Below are positions 53,417 through 64,000 of a DNA stretch of 64,000 nucleotides, piece after piece. This DNA is from Lepisosteus oculatus. Its lineage: Eukaryota. The stretch's first letter is position 1. Each line of letters opens with the position of its first letter. Below the pieces are notes generated by a model, which saw only the letters and a list, made by a program, of their open reading frames with translations, ran no database searches and was not told the DNA's origin. The translations under genes were made by a program, and so were the position numbers. Location of the stretch: assembly GCF_040954835.1 (NCBI RefSeq), contig NC_090710.1:31516586-31580585 (forward strand), in the 5' to 3' direction.

Positions 53417-53830
53417 GTGAGTCTTGTTTATACTGTATATATATACTTTATATATTTGAGTCTTATATATTTACAGATATATGTTGGTATTATATTAAAT
53501 ATGTTTTGTATTTAAGTCCTAGGTATTTTTGGTGTTAGTCTGTTTCCATCAAATGTACACTGATGACATTGATCATTTTAAAAAGGAACATGTTCCGACT
53601 AGGCCTAAATGACCACATAAGGTGCTGCTCTGTACAAGTCATGTGAGTTCAAAGCCCTGGTAGTTCTGAAGGCAGATCTTTTTTTATTTGTGGTTTCTTT
53701 CGAAAAGACGTACGAACAGAAGTACACTTGTCACCTGGTTCATAGCTGTCAGGGTTGGACCTACTGTAATCGTCATGCGGAAAAGTCACCCGCCATTAAT
53801 TTGATTTTTAATGAACTTTTCGTTTTGAAG

Positions 53831-53951
53831 GCTATCCAGTGCAGTCTTGGAAACGTGAAGCCAATCAATAGCATTGACAAGTGGGACGAAGAATCCACAC
53901 AGATGTTTTACCAGCTTGCAGCTGATCAATTAGTGTCTGCAATAGCAACTG
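53831..53951 (+). CDS. rnf17: rnf17 exon 19
   Basis: Acceptor tttgaag| and donor actg|gtaaat. AIQCSLGNVKPI aligns with human AIKCKLAYIEPY. Confidence 0.85.
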
Positions 53952-54226
53952 GTAAATTATGTGCTTAATATTTTGAGTATTCAAATTTCAGTTGTTTAAG
54001 GTACCTTTCTTTTTTTTCCCTGAAAATCAGCTTTTTATAGGTCAGTGTCTTAACACCTGTACAACTTTATGCTTTAGCAGATATTACATAAAAACTCTAG
54101 CGTACAGTATGTGTGCCCACTGATTGACTTTGAGGTATTTTACAAAGACAGATCACAGAGGGAGTTGTGAGCTTAGGCGTTGCTTCCGATTATAGAGTTA
54201 ATGATTTTAAAACAAATGTTTTTCAG

Positions 54227-54344
54227 GCGTTGTTACCAAAAACCGTATTCTTCTAGTTGAGTTGTTTGTAGCAGTTGATGCCGACGATAATGTGGATATC
54301 GGTAAATATCTAGTAATGGAAAACCTGGCGTACTTCAGGAGCAA
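54227..54344 (+). CDS. rnf17: rnf17 exon 20 (...NRILLVELFVAVDADDN...)
   Basis: Acceptor tttttcag| and donor gcaa|gtaagt. Matches human NVLLVELFDSLGAPE. Confidence 0.85.
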
Positions 54345-54780
54345 GTAAGTTCTCAAATAGTTTTTTTGTCTTCTGTATTCATTTTCAGAGATTCTTGAAG
54401 ACTTTGAGGTTTATATTTATTTGAGCAGGTCAGGAATAAAGACTAATCTTTCTCCTATAACCTGGAATTTGGTGTTATAAGTATGCTATTAGTTGTTTGA
54501 CTGAAACAAACAAGATCTTCAGAGTTGGAAAAATAAAAAAAAATGCAGTGACCATCATTCTCTTGATGTAAAAGGAAGGCTGGCCTACGTGTGGAGGTCA
54601 GGCGAGTGGTTATTTTGCAGAAAGTCAAGACCCTTAATAACTTCTGTTTCAGGATTGAATTGGCCCCTGGGGCTCTCTTTTCCTGCTTCGATGACTAGTA
54701 AATGACAAAGGCTGTTTTTTATTGCAACTTCTGCCAAAAAGTAAAAAGTTAAAACGCGGACTGTAAATCTTCTTTTTAAG

Positions 54781-55029
54781 CAGGATATTTGAGAGCGGTA
54801 AACCGCTGGCTCTTGGAAGTGAGGTCTGGGATCTTCCAGTTGAAGGGATTGGAGAAGTCGCAGAGCCAGACCTGCTGGCGGAGGAGCAAGACGGACCAAA
54901 GAGCAGTTTGTTGAACCTGGACCTGGAGCTCCCTGACCACTTAAACGACCTCCGAGCACGAGTCTGCCATGTGACATCACCAGGAAGCTTTTTCGTACAG
55001 CTGTTTCAGACTGACTGTCAGCTTGCCAG
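54781..55029 (+). CDS. rnf17: rnf17 exon 21 (...EVWDLPVEGIGEV...RVCHVTSPGSFFVQLFQTD); NAGNAG acceptor (alternative start 54784)
   Basis: Acceptor tttaag|cag| and donor gccag|gtaggt. Matches human HIEVWDPSPEEI...[20 protein letters not shown]. Confidence 0.85.
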
Positions 55030-56015
55030 GTAGGTCATCTCCAGTTTAAAGATCCTGCACACAAACCGGGATGCTGCTCTCTGGACCCAGACTGCCGATC
55101 TCGTTTGGACAAACCGGGATTCTCGTAGTCACTGCCCATGCACCACTCTTTCAGTAAAAGCCTGTGGGTGCCCCAGAATATGCAAGTTTTTCCACAACGC
55201 AATATGCACCACATGTTTAGCTAGTAGAGAGGATTACTATAGAAAAGCGTTTTCAGTCTCTGTTGTCTTTTTTTTGTTTTTTACTCCGGTCTTGTTTTTG
55301 TTACTCTTGTTTAATGGATGATGAGATGAATCACCTGTCCTTTCCTTGGTCCTGCATTGTGGTTTTGCCCTTGAGTTGCATGGGTGGTGTGAGCTGGGAA
55401 CACCGTCTGCCATAAAAGGATAAGTGTCTGGACAGGTCCAGTAGGATATTAATTATATTGATTGTGTTGATCAGAAGTCACAATCTTCCTAAGAGAACAA
55501 GTGTTTGTGCCTGTGGCGGGAACAGTTTGGCATAGCTTGGCAAAGGGGTTCAGTGAACGTTCCTGGATATCGCCACATCGTCCGCCTGGGAGCAGGAAAG
55601 ATGCATTCACTGAAAAAATTAACTTTAATTCGGTGTGTTGTGGAGCAATTCCCTGACAGTACTGGGGGTTTAGATGGTTCTCGTGGACATGTGGACTTTT
55701 TTGCCTTGTTTTGGGATGATTTTTAGGCTTAGGTCTCCATCTAATAAAGTCTGAGTCTAAATTATTAAGAACTGTAATACTTCCTTGTAAATAGTTAACA
55801 GAGGAATATCAAGTCACCGAAATCCCCCTGCTGTCATCTAGAAATGTTTAAATTGTAAGCTGATGTCTACTGTGTGTCCACAGACAGAGCCTTCCTCTGG
55901 CCTCTAACTGATTTTGTGCTCACTGTGTCGTGTGACTGGGATTTGAGATGTTCTGTTTACGTTCGGGCTCAGCACAGATTTCAGTGTTTGGGTCACGGGT
56001 TTCTGAATATTTCAG

Positions 56016-56160
56016 GATCCACGCGACACTGAAGGAGAAGTATTCCCATTCCGACAACGTGCTGGTGAAATGGAAGGAGAACATGCACTGTGCCATGCTG
56101 ATCAGTGGGGTCTGGGAAAGAGGACAGATCTGCAGTATTGAGCCTGGAAATGTGGCACAG
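56016..56160 (+). CDS. rnf17: rnf17 exon 22 (Tudor 3 part: ...VKWKENMHCAMLISGVWERGQICSIEPGNVAQ)
   Basis: Acceptor atatttcag| and donor cacag|gtaata. Matches human [27 protein letters not shown]. Confidence 0.9.
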
Positions 56161-56837
56161 GTAATATAACCTGTATCTCACTCTGTACCAGTGAAGGCAT
56201 TAAAGGGATTTCAAGTACGATTTACCTTGTAAATAACATTGCACAAGCTGAACTGAATTTCAGGGTCTGCATAATCTGTAGAAAAGAACAAAGGGGAAGC
56301 AGGTTTTTCAGGACGCCGACTTTTTCTTTCTTCGAAGACGCGTTATGTTAAAGATCAGTTAAAGTAGCTGTGCTTGAAAGATGACGTATTGCTGGCACTG
56401 GCTCGGATGTTGAAATGTTTGGAATTGTAAATAAACTTTTGTTTTTTTTACCCAATATAAAACAGTCCATCAACGTCTGTTTTATAGATCTGTTGATGCA
56501 GCTTTTAAATTGAAAGCCTTTTCTGGACTTCACGGTGAAGGTTTGGGAGAGAGAACAGCAGCAAAGTTCAGCTGATCTTTGCCGCCCTAAAGCCTGATCA
56601 TTTCTGACGTTAAATTTAACAACTACACATACCACATGTAAATCCCTTCTCTCCCTCGCATTTTTCTCCTGCCTCCTGGTCCCACAGCTCTCAGACAAGC
56701 GGGTCGAGCCAGACCTCCCTGCTGTAGGACTAAACCCTCAATGAAAAATGTCAGTACATTTGATTCTTGGGTATTATTCCTAGTGAACAGTAATTTGCAC
56801 TGTCACTTTGAATTTATTGCATGTCACCGTGATGATA

Positions 56838-57480
56838 TTATAATAATAATAATAATAATAATAATAATCAACTTACTTTTATATAGCGCCTTTAAAGGTG
56901 GCTTCTCAGAGCGCTTTACAGAATGACAACAACAATAAATAAAAAGAATACACAAGATAAAACACAATTACAATACACAGAGGAGAGAGTGGATGGTGGT
57001 ACTAAGTAAAGTAGGAGCAGAGGGGTGAAGAATGGAACCAGTTCAGTAAAGGCTCTTCTGAAGAAGAGGGTTTTGAGTCTGGATTTGAAGGAGTTTAGAG
57101 AAGGTGACTCTCTGATATCCTTGGGGAGAGAATTCCAGAGCTTGGGGGCGCAGCAGGAGAAGGCCCTGTCACCCATACAATGTAGATGGGCTTGGGGGAC
57201 AGAGAGGAGAGCAGAATTAGAAGAGAGAAGGCTGTGAGGTGGGGAGTAGGGTGATAATAGTTCAGACAGGTACTGAGGTGCCAAGCCGTGCAGAGCCTTA
57301 TAGGTGAGCATGAGGATGGTCAGGATTCTGGTTTGAACAGTTTGTTCAAAGTAGATTTAGATACCCCAGCGAGTAGATCATTACAGTAGTCAATTCGAGA
57401 GAACACAAATGTGTTGATGAGCTTTTCAGCCACAGTTAGTGATAACATAGGGCGAAGTCTAGCGTAGTCTATCTAGAGAT
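56838..57480 (-). mobile_element. LINE-like / non-autonomous retroelement 3' end with (TTA)n tail; encodes the fish-repeat motif ...LLTYKALHGLAPQYLSELL...
   Basis: Minus-strand ORF 56916-57311 (LMLTYKALHGLAPQYLSELLSPYSPPHSLLSSNSALLSVPQAHL...FKSRLKTLFF) and an upstream frame ...SRIDYCNDLLAGVSKSTLNKLFKPES. This is a widespread fish interspersed-repeat protein motif. (TAA)n at 56838-56868. Confidence 0.7.
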
Positions 57481-57934
57481 ATCTCTAGAAGACGTAAAGG
57501 ATTTATAAAGGGACTGTAAGCTTATCTGTTGATATCTGTTCCAACAGTACTTGTCTCTTTGTCTTTCTGCCAAGTACCACCAGATTTGCGTGTATCTATC
57601 AAGCCGTATACTGCTCTTTTCAGAAACACATGTAGAACAAGGGAACATGTTTTGTACAGAGACATTCAAACAGCTTCCAATAAATTCTTCCTGTGGGAAA
57701 AGGGGACCTGAAAATGGCAGAATTATTCTGTTGTTTAATATAAATAACGATGATGATTATCATTTTAAGTGAGAAATAAAACCACAATGTACTGCTAGAC
57801 CATTTGTCTGGGACTACTTTTGATTCACATGTATCACACGGTGATCTGTGTCTCTGTTTTCTTGTCTCATCTAGTAGAGGTTTATGGACCTAGCAATTAA
57901 CTAGGAATATTTCATATTTTAATACCATGCTAAA

Positions 57935-58030
57935 CATGCTAAATAAATGTCCTCACTGGGATAGGCTCTGGCTCAACCGCAACCCTGTATTGGATAAAAG
58001 CTCTTAAAAAAATGGATGGATGGATGAATA
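57935..58030 (+). mobile_element. SINE family B 3' tail fragment
   Basis: gggataggctctggctcaaccgcaaccctgtattggataaaagctcttaaaaaaatggatggatggatg. Confidence 0.65.
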
Positions 58031-58828
58031 TCATAAAGATTTGTTTTACCTTGTTAAGACCTGGTTTTCAACAGAATAAGATGGGCTTAACAAAGTCTAC
58101 TTTGATGGTTTTCTTCAGTTTTGAAGACTGTTACCAGTTCATTGGGGGGTGTATTTTTCAGAATTTAATTTTTCTGAAATGCAAATAGAGATTGTTTACA
58201 GCATTGATTTTTTAAATAATAAAAACAAGGAGATTGTGGTAGTTCATGTAGATATCTATCAGAGGTGACTCACTGCCTGGGGTGGATGCTTTTTTCAAGT
58301 GTTTTCTGAGTGTTTTTCCCATTAAATACGTTCTAGGGTGTTAGACCTCTCAACAGTTACCCATTAATAACGTATTTGTATAATTGGATTGTCTTCTTGG
58401 TTCACTGGGCTTTGGCATTGTGATTTCACAGATGTCACATCCAGTCACTGATAATGACGAAAACCCTCTATAGATTGTATCAATGTCTTGACAGTGGAAT
58501 ATACACACTGAATTATTGAATGAAGATGCAGAATTTCAGCCAATTAGAAGATGCATCCTATCGTAAGGACATACATTTTCTAAACAAGGGGAGGCTATCT
58601 GGCTCATTTAGCACATTTAATTTTTAGCGATCTGAGGATCTATAGTATTTCATTTGTTTCTTGAACGAACTGGTGGTATCAAATTCAAACATGTGACTGG
58701 CGAGCTTGTGTAAAGTGTTCTCCTGTTCTCAGTTTTGAAATCTCTTTGCCTATCTTCCATTAGCGAGCTCTGCTTCCCCTTCCACTGTTGATTCTGAAAA
58801 GGACCTCATTTTCCTCTGTCCTGTGCAG

Positions 58829-58941
58829 GTGAGACGCTGTGATTATGGGAACAAGGTGTCTGTGCCCTTCACTAACCTGAGACCTCTCAAACAAGAACTG
58901 ATTGGATGTTTGGCGTTAGAGTGTTCCCTGGAAGGCATAAG
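58829..58941 (+). CDS. rnf17: rnf17 exon 23 (VRRCDYGNKVSVPFTNLRPL...LECSLEGIR)
   Basis: Acceptor ctgtgcag| and donor ataag|gtattt. Matches human [20 protein letters not shown]...LECSLVDIR. Confidence 0.9.
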
Positions 58942-59604
58942 GTATTTATTTTTCATCTTTATTTAAACTGGGTAGTGCAACAATAAATTACCTTACACGT
59001 TTCATTTATTCATATTATTTATTTGAATGTCAAATACTCTTGTAGAATTCAGTAAGACGTAGTTTCTTTATGGTAAGGAAGTAGGCAGCACACCTGGTCT
59101 TTGACTCCCCTGGAAGTGCATGTGTTTCGGGGAAGATCAGGTCTGGCGGTATTCCAAAATAACCTGTCCTTTTCCTTATCCTTATCCCAAGCAATTTAAA
59201 ATCCTGCAGGTACCAGAAGGCTAAAGAAAATAAATAAAACCAATACTAGCAGCACAGATTTAAATAACCAAAACGGTTTCTCCCCTCGGCGCACCATGTA
59301 AAAAGAGTAGCTGATGCTCATTAGTCTGGAAAGGGTTTCAAAACCATTCCTTACCATTTGGGGATCCAGCCATCCGCAGCCAGACAAGTAGTCTATAAAT
59401 GGAGAATATTAAAGACCTCAGTGACCCTTCATAGGAATGGTTGTCATTTTCCATTGTGTCTGTTAAGCCTCGAGTATGATTTGCCTTGACTTCGGGTATT
59501 ATTATTGTGGTCATCTGCTGGCTCAATGAGTGAAGGCTCTCTTGTTATCCGGTTCGGTGTCACGTCCCAGCAGCACACCTCCTGGTCTAGCTATTGCCTT
59601 CCTT

Positions 59605-59860
59605 TTAAGATCACTTTATTGGCCATATACAATTTCTTGCATTGGGAATTTGTCTTTTCTCATACCCCAGCTTGCTCTATATGAGACACGCAGACAGGGA
59701 GAGAAGCTTGGGGTCAGAGCGCAGGGTCAGCCATTTATAAGGTTAAGGGCCTTGCTCAGGGGCCCAACGGAGTAGGCTTCCTCTGCCGGCCGTGGGATTT
59801 GAACTGGCAACCTTCCAGCCCCAGGTGCAGATTCTGAGCCACAGAGCCACCACTCTTGAT
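59605..59860 (-). mobile_element. SINE family C (tRNA-derived) full copy, upstream of rnf17 exon 24
   Basis: Reverse complement begins gagtggtggctctgtggctcagaatctgcacctggggctggaaggttgccagttcaaatcccacggccgg, a tRNA-like head with a B-box. Confidence 0.8.
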
Positions 59861-60006
59861 GGATCTGCTAGGCTTTTGGCACCAGGCATTTCTCTCACAC
59901 GTCTGTGTTCTTCACTCTTCTTTGTCTTTGGCTAGAAAGTGTCTAGCTCTCTCTTTATTTAGAGATTGCCTGGTTCTTTGCCTCAGAAACCTGTCTTTTT
60001 TTACAG

Positions 60007-60097
60007 TCCCGCCGGAGATAGCTGCACCTGGTCTGCCACAGCATGCGACTTCATTTCCTACTACTTAACTGGAGCGATGGCATTCATGACCATAAAG
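60007..60097 (+). CDS. rnf17: rnf17 exon 24 (SPAGDSCTWSATACDFISYYLTGAMAFMTIK)
   Basis: Acceptor ttttacag| and donor aaag|gtatgg. Matches human [30 protein letters not shown]. Confidence 0.9.
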
Positions 60098-60875
60098 GTA
60101 TGGATTTTGAGGGTTAGAGTTTGTTGATTTTCAACACCCTCGGTAACAAGAGCTGTGGTTTAAGAATAAAGTGGACTTTTTAGAAAGCTGTTTTTTTTTA
60201 GATAGTAGAGTCCTCTTCACGTGATATGGATGCACTAGGATATGAATGAAAAAATATAGTGAAGTTGTATAAGTAGATGTGTATATATATGGATTTGTAG
60301 ACATTTGGTAAAAGATCTTAAGGACTTTAAGGATTTTTTCAATTATTCTTTAAAGTGACATATACCAAAAGAGAATCTATTGTCACGTGAACTGTTATAC
60401 ATATTTTGCCTTTATGCAATTCACTGTGATCCTCTGCTTTCATAGGAGCATGAAGAAACTACAGGTAACTGTAACTGGCACTTATGATTCAGGGTGTTGA
60501 CGTAATGTGTGGGGGAAAAAAAGGCTGGCAAACCTTGACAGATAGTCACGTTTGTTGAGAACAGGAAAGACAGCTTATGCATGAAAACTGGCGAAGGAGC
60601 TGGAAATCACAGCAGACATACAGTGATCTATTCTGGGATCTGATTTTATCCTCAATGCATGGTATAGCAGAAAAGTCAAGCACAGGGGTAAGGGATGCTT
60701 GAGCATTGACTGTTTTAAATGTAGCTGCTCACACTGGGGCTGTGGCTGTTGAAATAACTCCATGGCTCTTTTAGGTGACTTGTACTTTTCTCCCAAAACT
60801 TTATTAGATGGGATAAGCAAGCTAAAAAGGTAGTAATTTTTGCTAAATCCAGTAACAGATTTCTTTAATTCATAG

Positions 60876-60991
60876 GAGAATACAACTAAACGGCCATTGC
60901 CAGTAACCCTGTATTGTTCGAACAAAGCTGGCCAAGACGTCAGTGTTGCAGATTACCTTGTTGGAGAGGGTCTGGCTTTAAGGGAAAGGAG
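60876..60991 (+). CDS. rnf17: rnf17 exon 25 ([39 protein letters not shown])
   Basis: Acceptor attcatag| and donor aggag|gtgaga. Matches human [38 protein letters not shown]. Confidence 0.9.
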
Positions 60992-61155
60992 GTGAGAACA
61001 TTTTTCATTTTTATTGACAAAAGCCTGTTTCCAGCAGGCTTGTATTACTTTTTTTTTCTCGTTGTAAAATGTAAAAACCCCTGGGGGAATTCGGGTGTAG
61101 AACATAATACATTCGCTTCTTTTAATTTAAAAACCTGTACTGTGGTTGTTTAAAG

Positions 61156-61406
61156 ATACATTCCACATAAAGAAAAGTCGCCAGTGAGTGAACAGCCCAA
61201 GAAAATCTCTTCAGCGGAGGACTGTGTTGCTGCAGAAGCTCAGTGTGCAACCCAACACAGAGCCCCCGATGTGCCACGGGCCTCTCTACAGACAGCGAAG
61301 GCCTGGCCTTACCAGCCCCCTGATCTCCCTCACTGTGGCTTCACCCAGATGATCATTACCTCTGTTGGGGATGATGGAGCGATCTATGCAATGACCAAGC
61401 AAGCAG
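61156..61406 (+). CDS. rnf17: rnf17 exon 26 (linker; ...ITSVGDDGAIYAMTKQAG)
   Basis: Acceptor tttaaag| and donor gcag|gtatgt. Matches human VSCVGDDGTIFVVPK. Confidence 0.8.
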
Positions 61407-61608
61407 GTATGTGAGAACAAAGAAAAGACCAGGCTGGATAAAGGTGTCTGCTGGGATTAACGTGGCCTACCTCTTCATTTCCTGATCAGTGAGGTTACTG
61501 GGGGGGAGGAATATTGAAACGTTGAGGTATACTGCTGTCTCTGTGGCACATCAGTCCCGTGAGTCACATTTTCTGTCTTCTCCCCCCACCTTTTCTCTCT
61601 GAATTCAG

Positions 61609-61769
61609 CTTGCGTGTTGAAGAAACTCAAGGAGAGCCTTCAGCAGCACGTGAGGAGCCAGCCGCAGAAGCTGTACAGCTGGAAGCAGGGCGATGGCTGT
61701 GTGGTCGTGGGCTCTGACATGCTGTGCTACAGAGGGGAGGTCCTGGAAGTGATCGGTGGGCATGTGAAG
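61609..61769 (+). CDS. rnf17: rnf17 exon 27 (Tudor 4 N-terminal part: ...[32 protein letters not shown])
   Basis: Acceptor gaattcag| and donor gaag|gtcagc. Matches human [32 protein letters not shown]. Confidence 0.9.
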
Positions 61770-62036
61770 GTCAGCGGCGGGCTCTCGGGAGACCATTCCC
61801 GCTGGGTTTAGCTGCCCCCTCTCAGGTCCCGCCTGAAAGGCGCACGACACCTCTGCCCCTTCCAAGTAAAGCTTTGGTATTTGAATGAGCCATGAAACAT
61901 GATTGGCTCATTTTAGACTTTCTGGGAGGGGTTTGTGTGCCGGCATGTAACCGGCGGGAAGGGTTGTGGGGAACGACCGGGAGATGGGATTGAATGGTGG
62001 GATGAACTCTTGCCTTGTCCCCGTGCGGATGCCCAG

Positions 62037-62156
62037 GTCCGGTACGTGGACCAGGGGCTGGTCGAGCACATCCCGGATTGCCACCTCGTGCCCGCGGTTC
62101 TGCACAGGGACCTGCCACGGCTTTGCATTCCCTGTCAGCTTCACGGCGTCGCACCT
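62037..62156 (+). CDS. rnf17: rnf17 exon 28 (Tudor 4 core: VRYVDQGLVEHIPDCHLVPAVLHRDLPRLCIPCQLHGVAP)
   Basis: Acceptor gcccag| and donor cct|gtaagt. Matches human [40 protein letters not shown]. Confidence 0.92.
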
Positions 62157-62705
62157 GTAAGTTTCACTCCAGTGCACACAAGAGTTTTTAATTCGGCTCG
62201 GAGGGAGGTGGGAGGTGGGGGTTTGGGGCAAAAAAGCACGAGCGCGCCTCGTTAAATACAATTTCCGTACGCCCTCCTTTTTGGAGGAGCAAGTAAATAA
62301 GCCGCCTGTATTCCTGGCTGTGCAGAGTCCTGGTGTCCGGCAGCACTGGTCGCCAGGACTGTGTGAGTAAGGATGAGTCAAGTGGGTGGGAGTGTTGGAG
62401 TCTAGCGCTTGCTCTTGAGGAGATCATCTCTCTTGACTATGTAATCTGTCTTGAGTACGCAATCGGGTCTGGGTTATCAGGACAAAGCCACTCTTATTCT
62501 AGTTTAGGTTCTATTGTCCCTGTATTGTTACCTGCAGGTCTTGTAGGGCTCAGACCCGTAAGTGATGGAGCTGCATCTTAATTGAGTTTGGGTATTGACT
62601 GAAGGAAGGTCCTCTATGGACTCGGTTGGTTGTTTGCTCTCGGAATAGGTATAGTGCCCTCCTGATCTGCAGTGTATGCTGATGTGCTGTTTTTGTTTTT
62701 AACAG

Positions 62706-62786
62706 GTCGGGGGTTATTGGCAGCCTGATGCTGTTGCTTTATTAAAAGAATTACTTCTCCTTAGACAAGTTAATGTGCAGATCATG
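62706..62786 (+). CDS. rnf17: rnf17 exon 29 (VGGYWQPDAVALLKELLLLRQVNVQIM)
   Basis: Acceptor tttaacag| and donor atg|gtatgt. Matches human [27 protein letters not shown]. Confidence 0.92.
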
Positions 62787-63300
62787 GTATGTATGCCGAT
62801 TGTTGTCAAACATAAGGCAACAAAGGTTCTGTGAGCCTGTATGTCCCGTATTCTAAGCCAACTGAACAGTCGATAGAGAATCTGATTAATGGCCAGATTT
62901 CTGACCTTGCAAGCCCACACTTTCGCAAACAAGAACTAAATTTCTAGCCCACTATTGTAGCCACTCTAAGCAATTTGTAAAACATATTTAAGTATCTTTA
63001 AGCATACCGTTGTCTGTATCTTTTTTTTATGGCAGAAAAAGTTTTAACAATTGATATATTTTATAATTCTGAAATGTTTTGTGCGTTTCTGTTTATCTGG
63101 AAAAAAATGTCCGTAGAGACCATTTTTGAAAACGGGAGCCAATACCAGCGATAGGTGGACAGGAAGATGTTATTTTGGACACAGTGGTTGTCTCTCACAA
63201 CAGAAGAAGGGTGATAGCTTGTAAAAGTAAAGCTGGTGTGATGTCTGGGCCTGTAAGAGCTGGTCATGAGTGCGCTGTGCCCTTTCTCTGCCTGCTGCAG

Positions 63301-63423
63301 GAGCGGCCAGCGGAGCCCTGTGGCAGGATGACCGTGCAGATTTACTTGGACGCGTTGACGCTGGGCGCGATCGTGCGGCATCACCAGCATGCCCTGCTGT
63401 GCCCCTCGGTCACCGAGGCAGAG
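63301..63423 (+). CDS. rnf17: rnf17 exon 30
   Basis: Acceptor ctgctgcag| and donor gcagag|gtagga. Phase 0 in and out. Conservation is weaker, but position and phase fit. Confidence 0.65.
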
Positions 63424-63852
63424 GTAGGATCGTACAGCCGACGTGTTAAAAGGTAGAACCTCAAGGAATGACTTCTTTACACAAAGGGCTGCGGGAGTCT
63501 GGAACAAGCTGCTCGGTCACGTTGAAGCCGATACACTGGCTACTTTCTCGAAACAGCAGCCGTTCTGTTGAGCATGCATGTGTTCTTACAATTCATTTTC
63601 CCAGTTCTTATGCCAGTTTGTGTTCCATAAAAGAAAGAATTTTAGAAGTTTTCACAACCCACCTTATCACGTTTCCAGACGTCGCCTCCAATTCTTAGTA
63701 CTCTGCTCTGTTTTATTCTGTATACGAGTCATTTCATGTCGTGACCCGAGGCCTTTTGTTTTAAATACATGTCCATGAGCTGGCCACGGTGCAGTCAGCC
63801 CTGCTAAAATCCTTTCAGTCTTGTTCAGACAGGGAGTGTTTTTGTCTGTCAG

Positions 63853-63909
63853 GGCAATCTGGTGAATTCGACTATTAATGAAACGGAGGACTGGGATTTG
63901 AACTACGAG
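63853..63909 (+). CDS. rnf17: rnf17 exon 31 (GNLVNSTINETEDWDLNYE)
   Basis: Acceptor tgtctgtcag| and donor tacgag|gtaaga. Resembles human EEEQWEIRFEE, weakly. Confidence 0.55.
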
Positions 63910-64000
63910 GTAAGACTATTGCTGTTTATGCTCCTTTAATAAAGCTGTCACTCTTATTAGGATTGCTCTGTAGCTGCCCTGCCTCTTCTTTATTGTTCAA

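Larger units (their letters stand above)
38667..64000 (+). other. rnf17: rnf17 / tdrd4 gene (RING finger + multi-Tudor protein), 5' portion; 3' end lies beyond the window
   Basis: 31 in-phase exons. Their translations align from memory to mammalian RNF17, including: RING motif C-x2-C...LVCGHVFCSSC...CPQC; FVTHVVNPSHFYVRR; ATITELV; VYFTDFGNTEEI; AVEMKVFGEDGDTLLVDLQK; MPISLREYLVFMELA; VVCHIVTPSDFYIQL; WYRAEIVG; VEVKFVDFGNYMKL; RQIKDEF; VGGYWQPDAV; LCIPCQLHG. Confidence 0.93.

Noticed and set aside
13588-56868. Regularly recurring (TAA)n tracts that superficially resemble a repeat-spacer arrangement
   Set aside because: They are microsatellite tails of dispersed SINE/LINE copies. Units are 3 bp and spacing is irregular (9-16 kb). 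This is a eukaryotic locus, so it is not CRISPR.
60445-60463. 19-nt pseudo-exon (tttcatag|GAGCATGAAGAAACTACAG|gtaact) with flanks resembling the true exon 25 acceptor (attcatag|GAGAATACAACTAAACGG)
   Set aside because: Inclusion would shift the reading frame (19 nt) and introduce a stop in exon 25. Exons 24 and 25 join cleanly in phase 0 without it. It is probably a decoy from local sequence similarity, though it could be a poison micro-exon.
61822-62427. Several long minus-strand ORFs overlapping rnf17 exons 27-28
   Set aside because: They lie antisense to well-supported, conserved coding exons in a GC-rich stretch. This is the typical antisense-ORF artefact.

Overview
This window is vertebrate (fish-type) nuclear DNA, not a prokaryotic locus. 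I found no CRISPR arrays, operons or defence-island architecture. What looks novel is the mobile-element content rather than any cellular 'system'. Separately, the 38 kb upstream of rnf17 holds CpG-rich promoter-like islands with no recognisable coding gene.

The main feature is the 5' two-thirds of the germline piRNA-pathway gene rnf17 (tdrd4). It encodes a RING finger plus multiple Tudor domains. The gene lies on the + strand from its start codon at 38667 and runs off the window end (last exon seen ends at 63909). I reconstructed 31 coding exons by translating in frame and matching residue by residue, from memory, to mammalian RNF17. Splice phases are consistent throughout. Only the exon 9/10 boundary region (45898-47977) is uncertain, and it may include a GC-AG intron.

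The first ~38 kb has no recognisable protein-coding gene. It contains several CpG-rich islands, a decayed Tc1-like transposase and many SINEs.

The introns of rnf17 are loaded with interspersed repeats:
- SINE family A: about 580 bp, (TTA)n-tailed, at least 7 copies. Its 3' tail matches that of a LINE-like element at 56838-57480.
- SINE family B: a classic tRNA-derived fish SINE, 6 copies or fragments.
- SINE family C: a second tRNA-derived SINE, 2 copies.
- MITE-like element: strongly palindromic, 5 copies.
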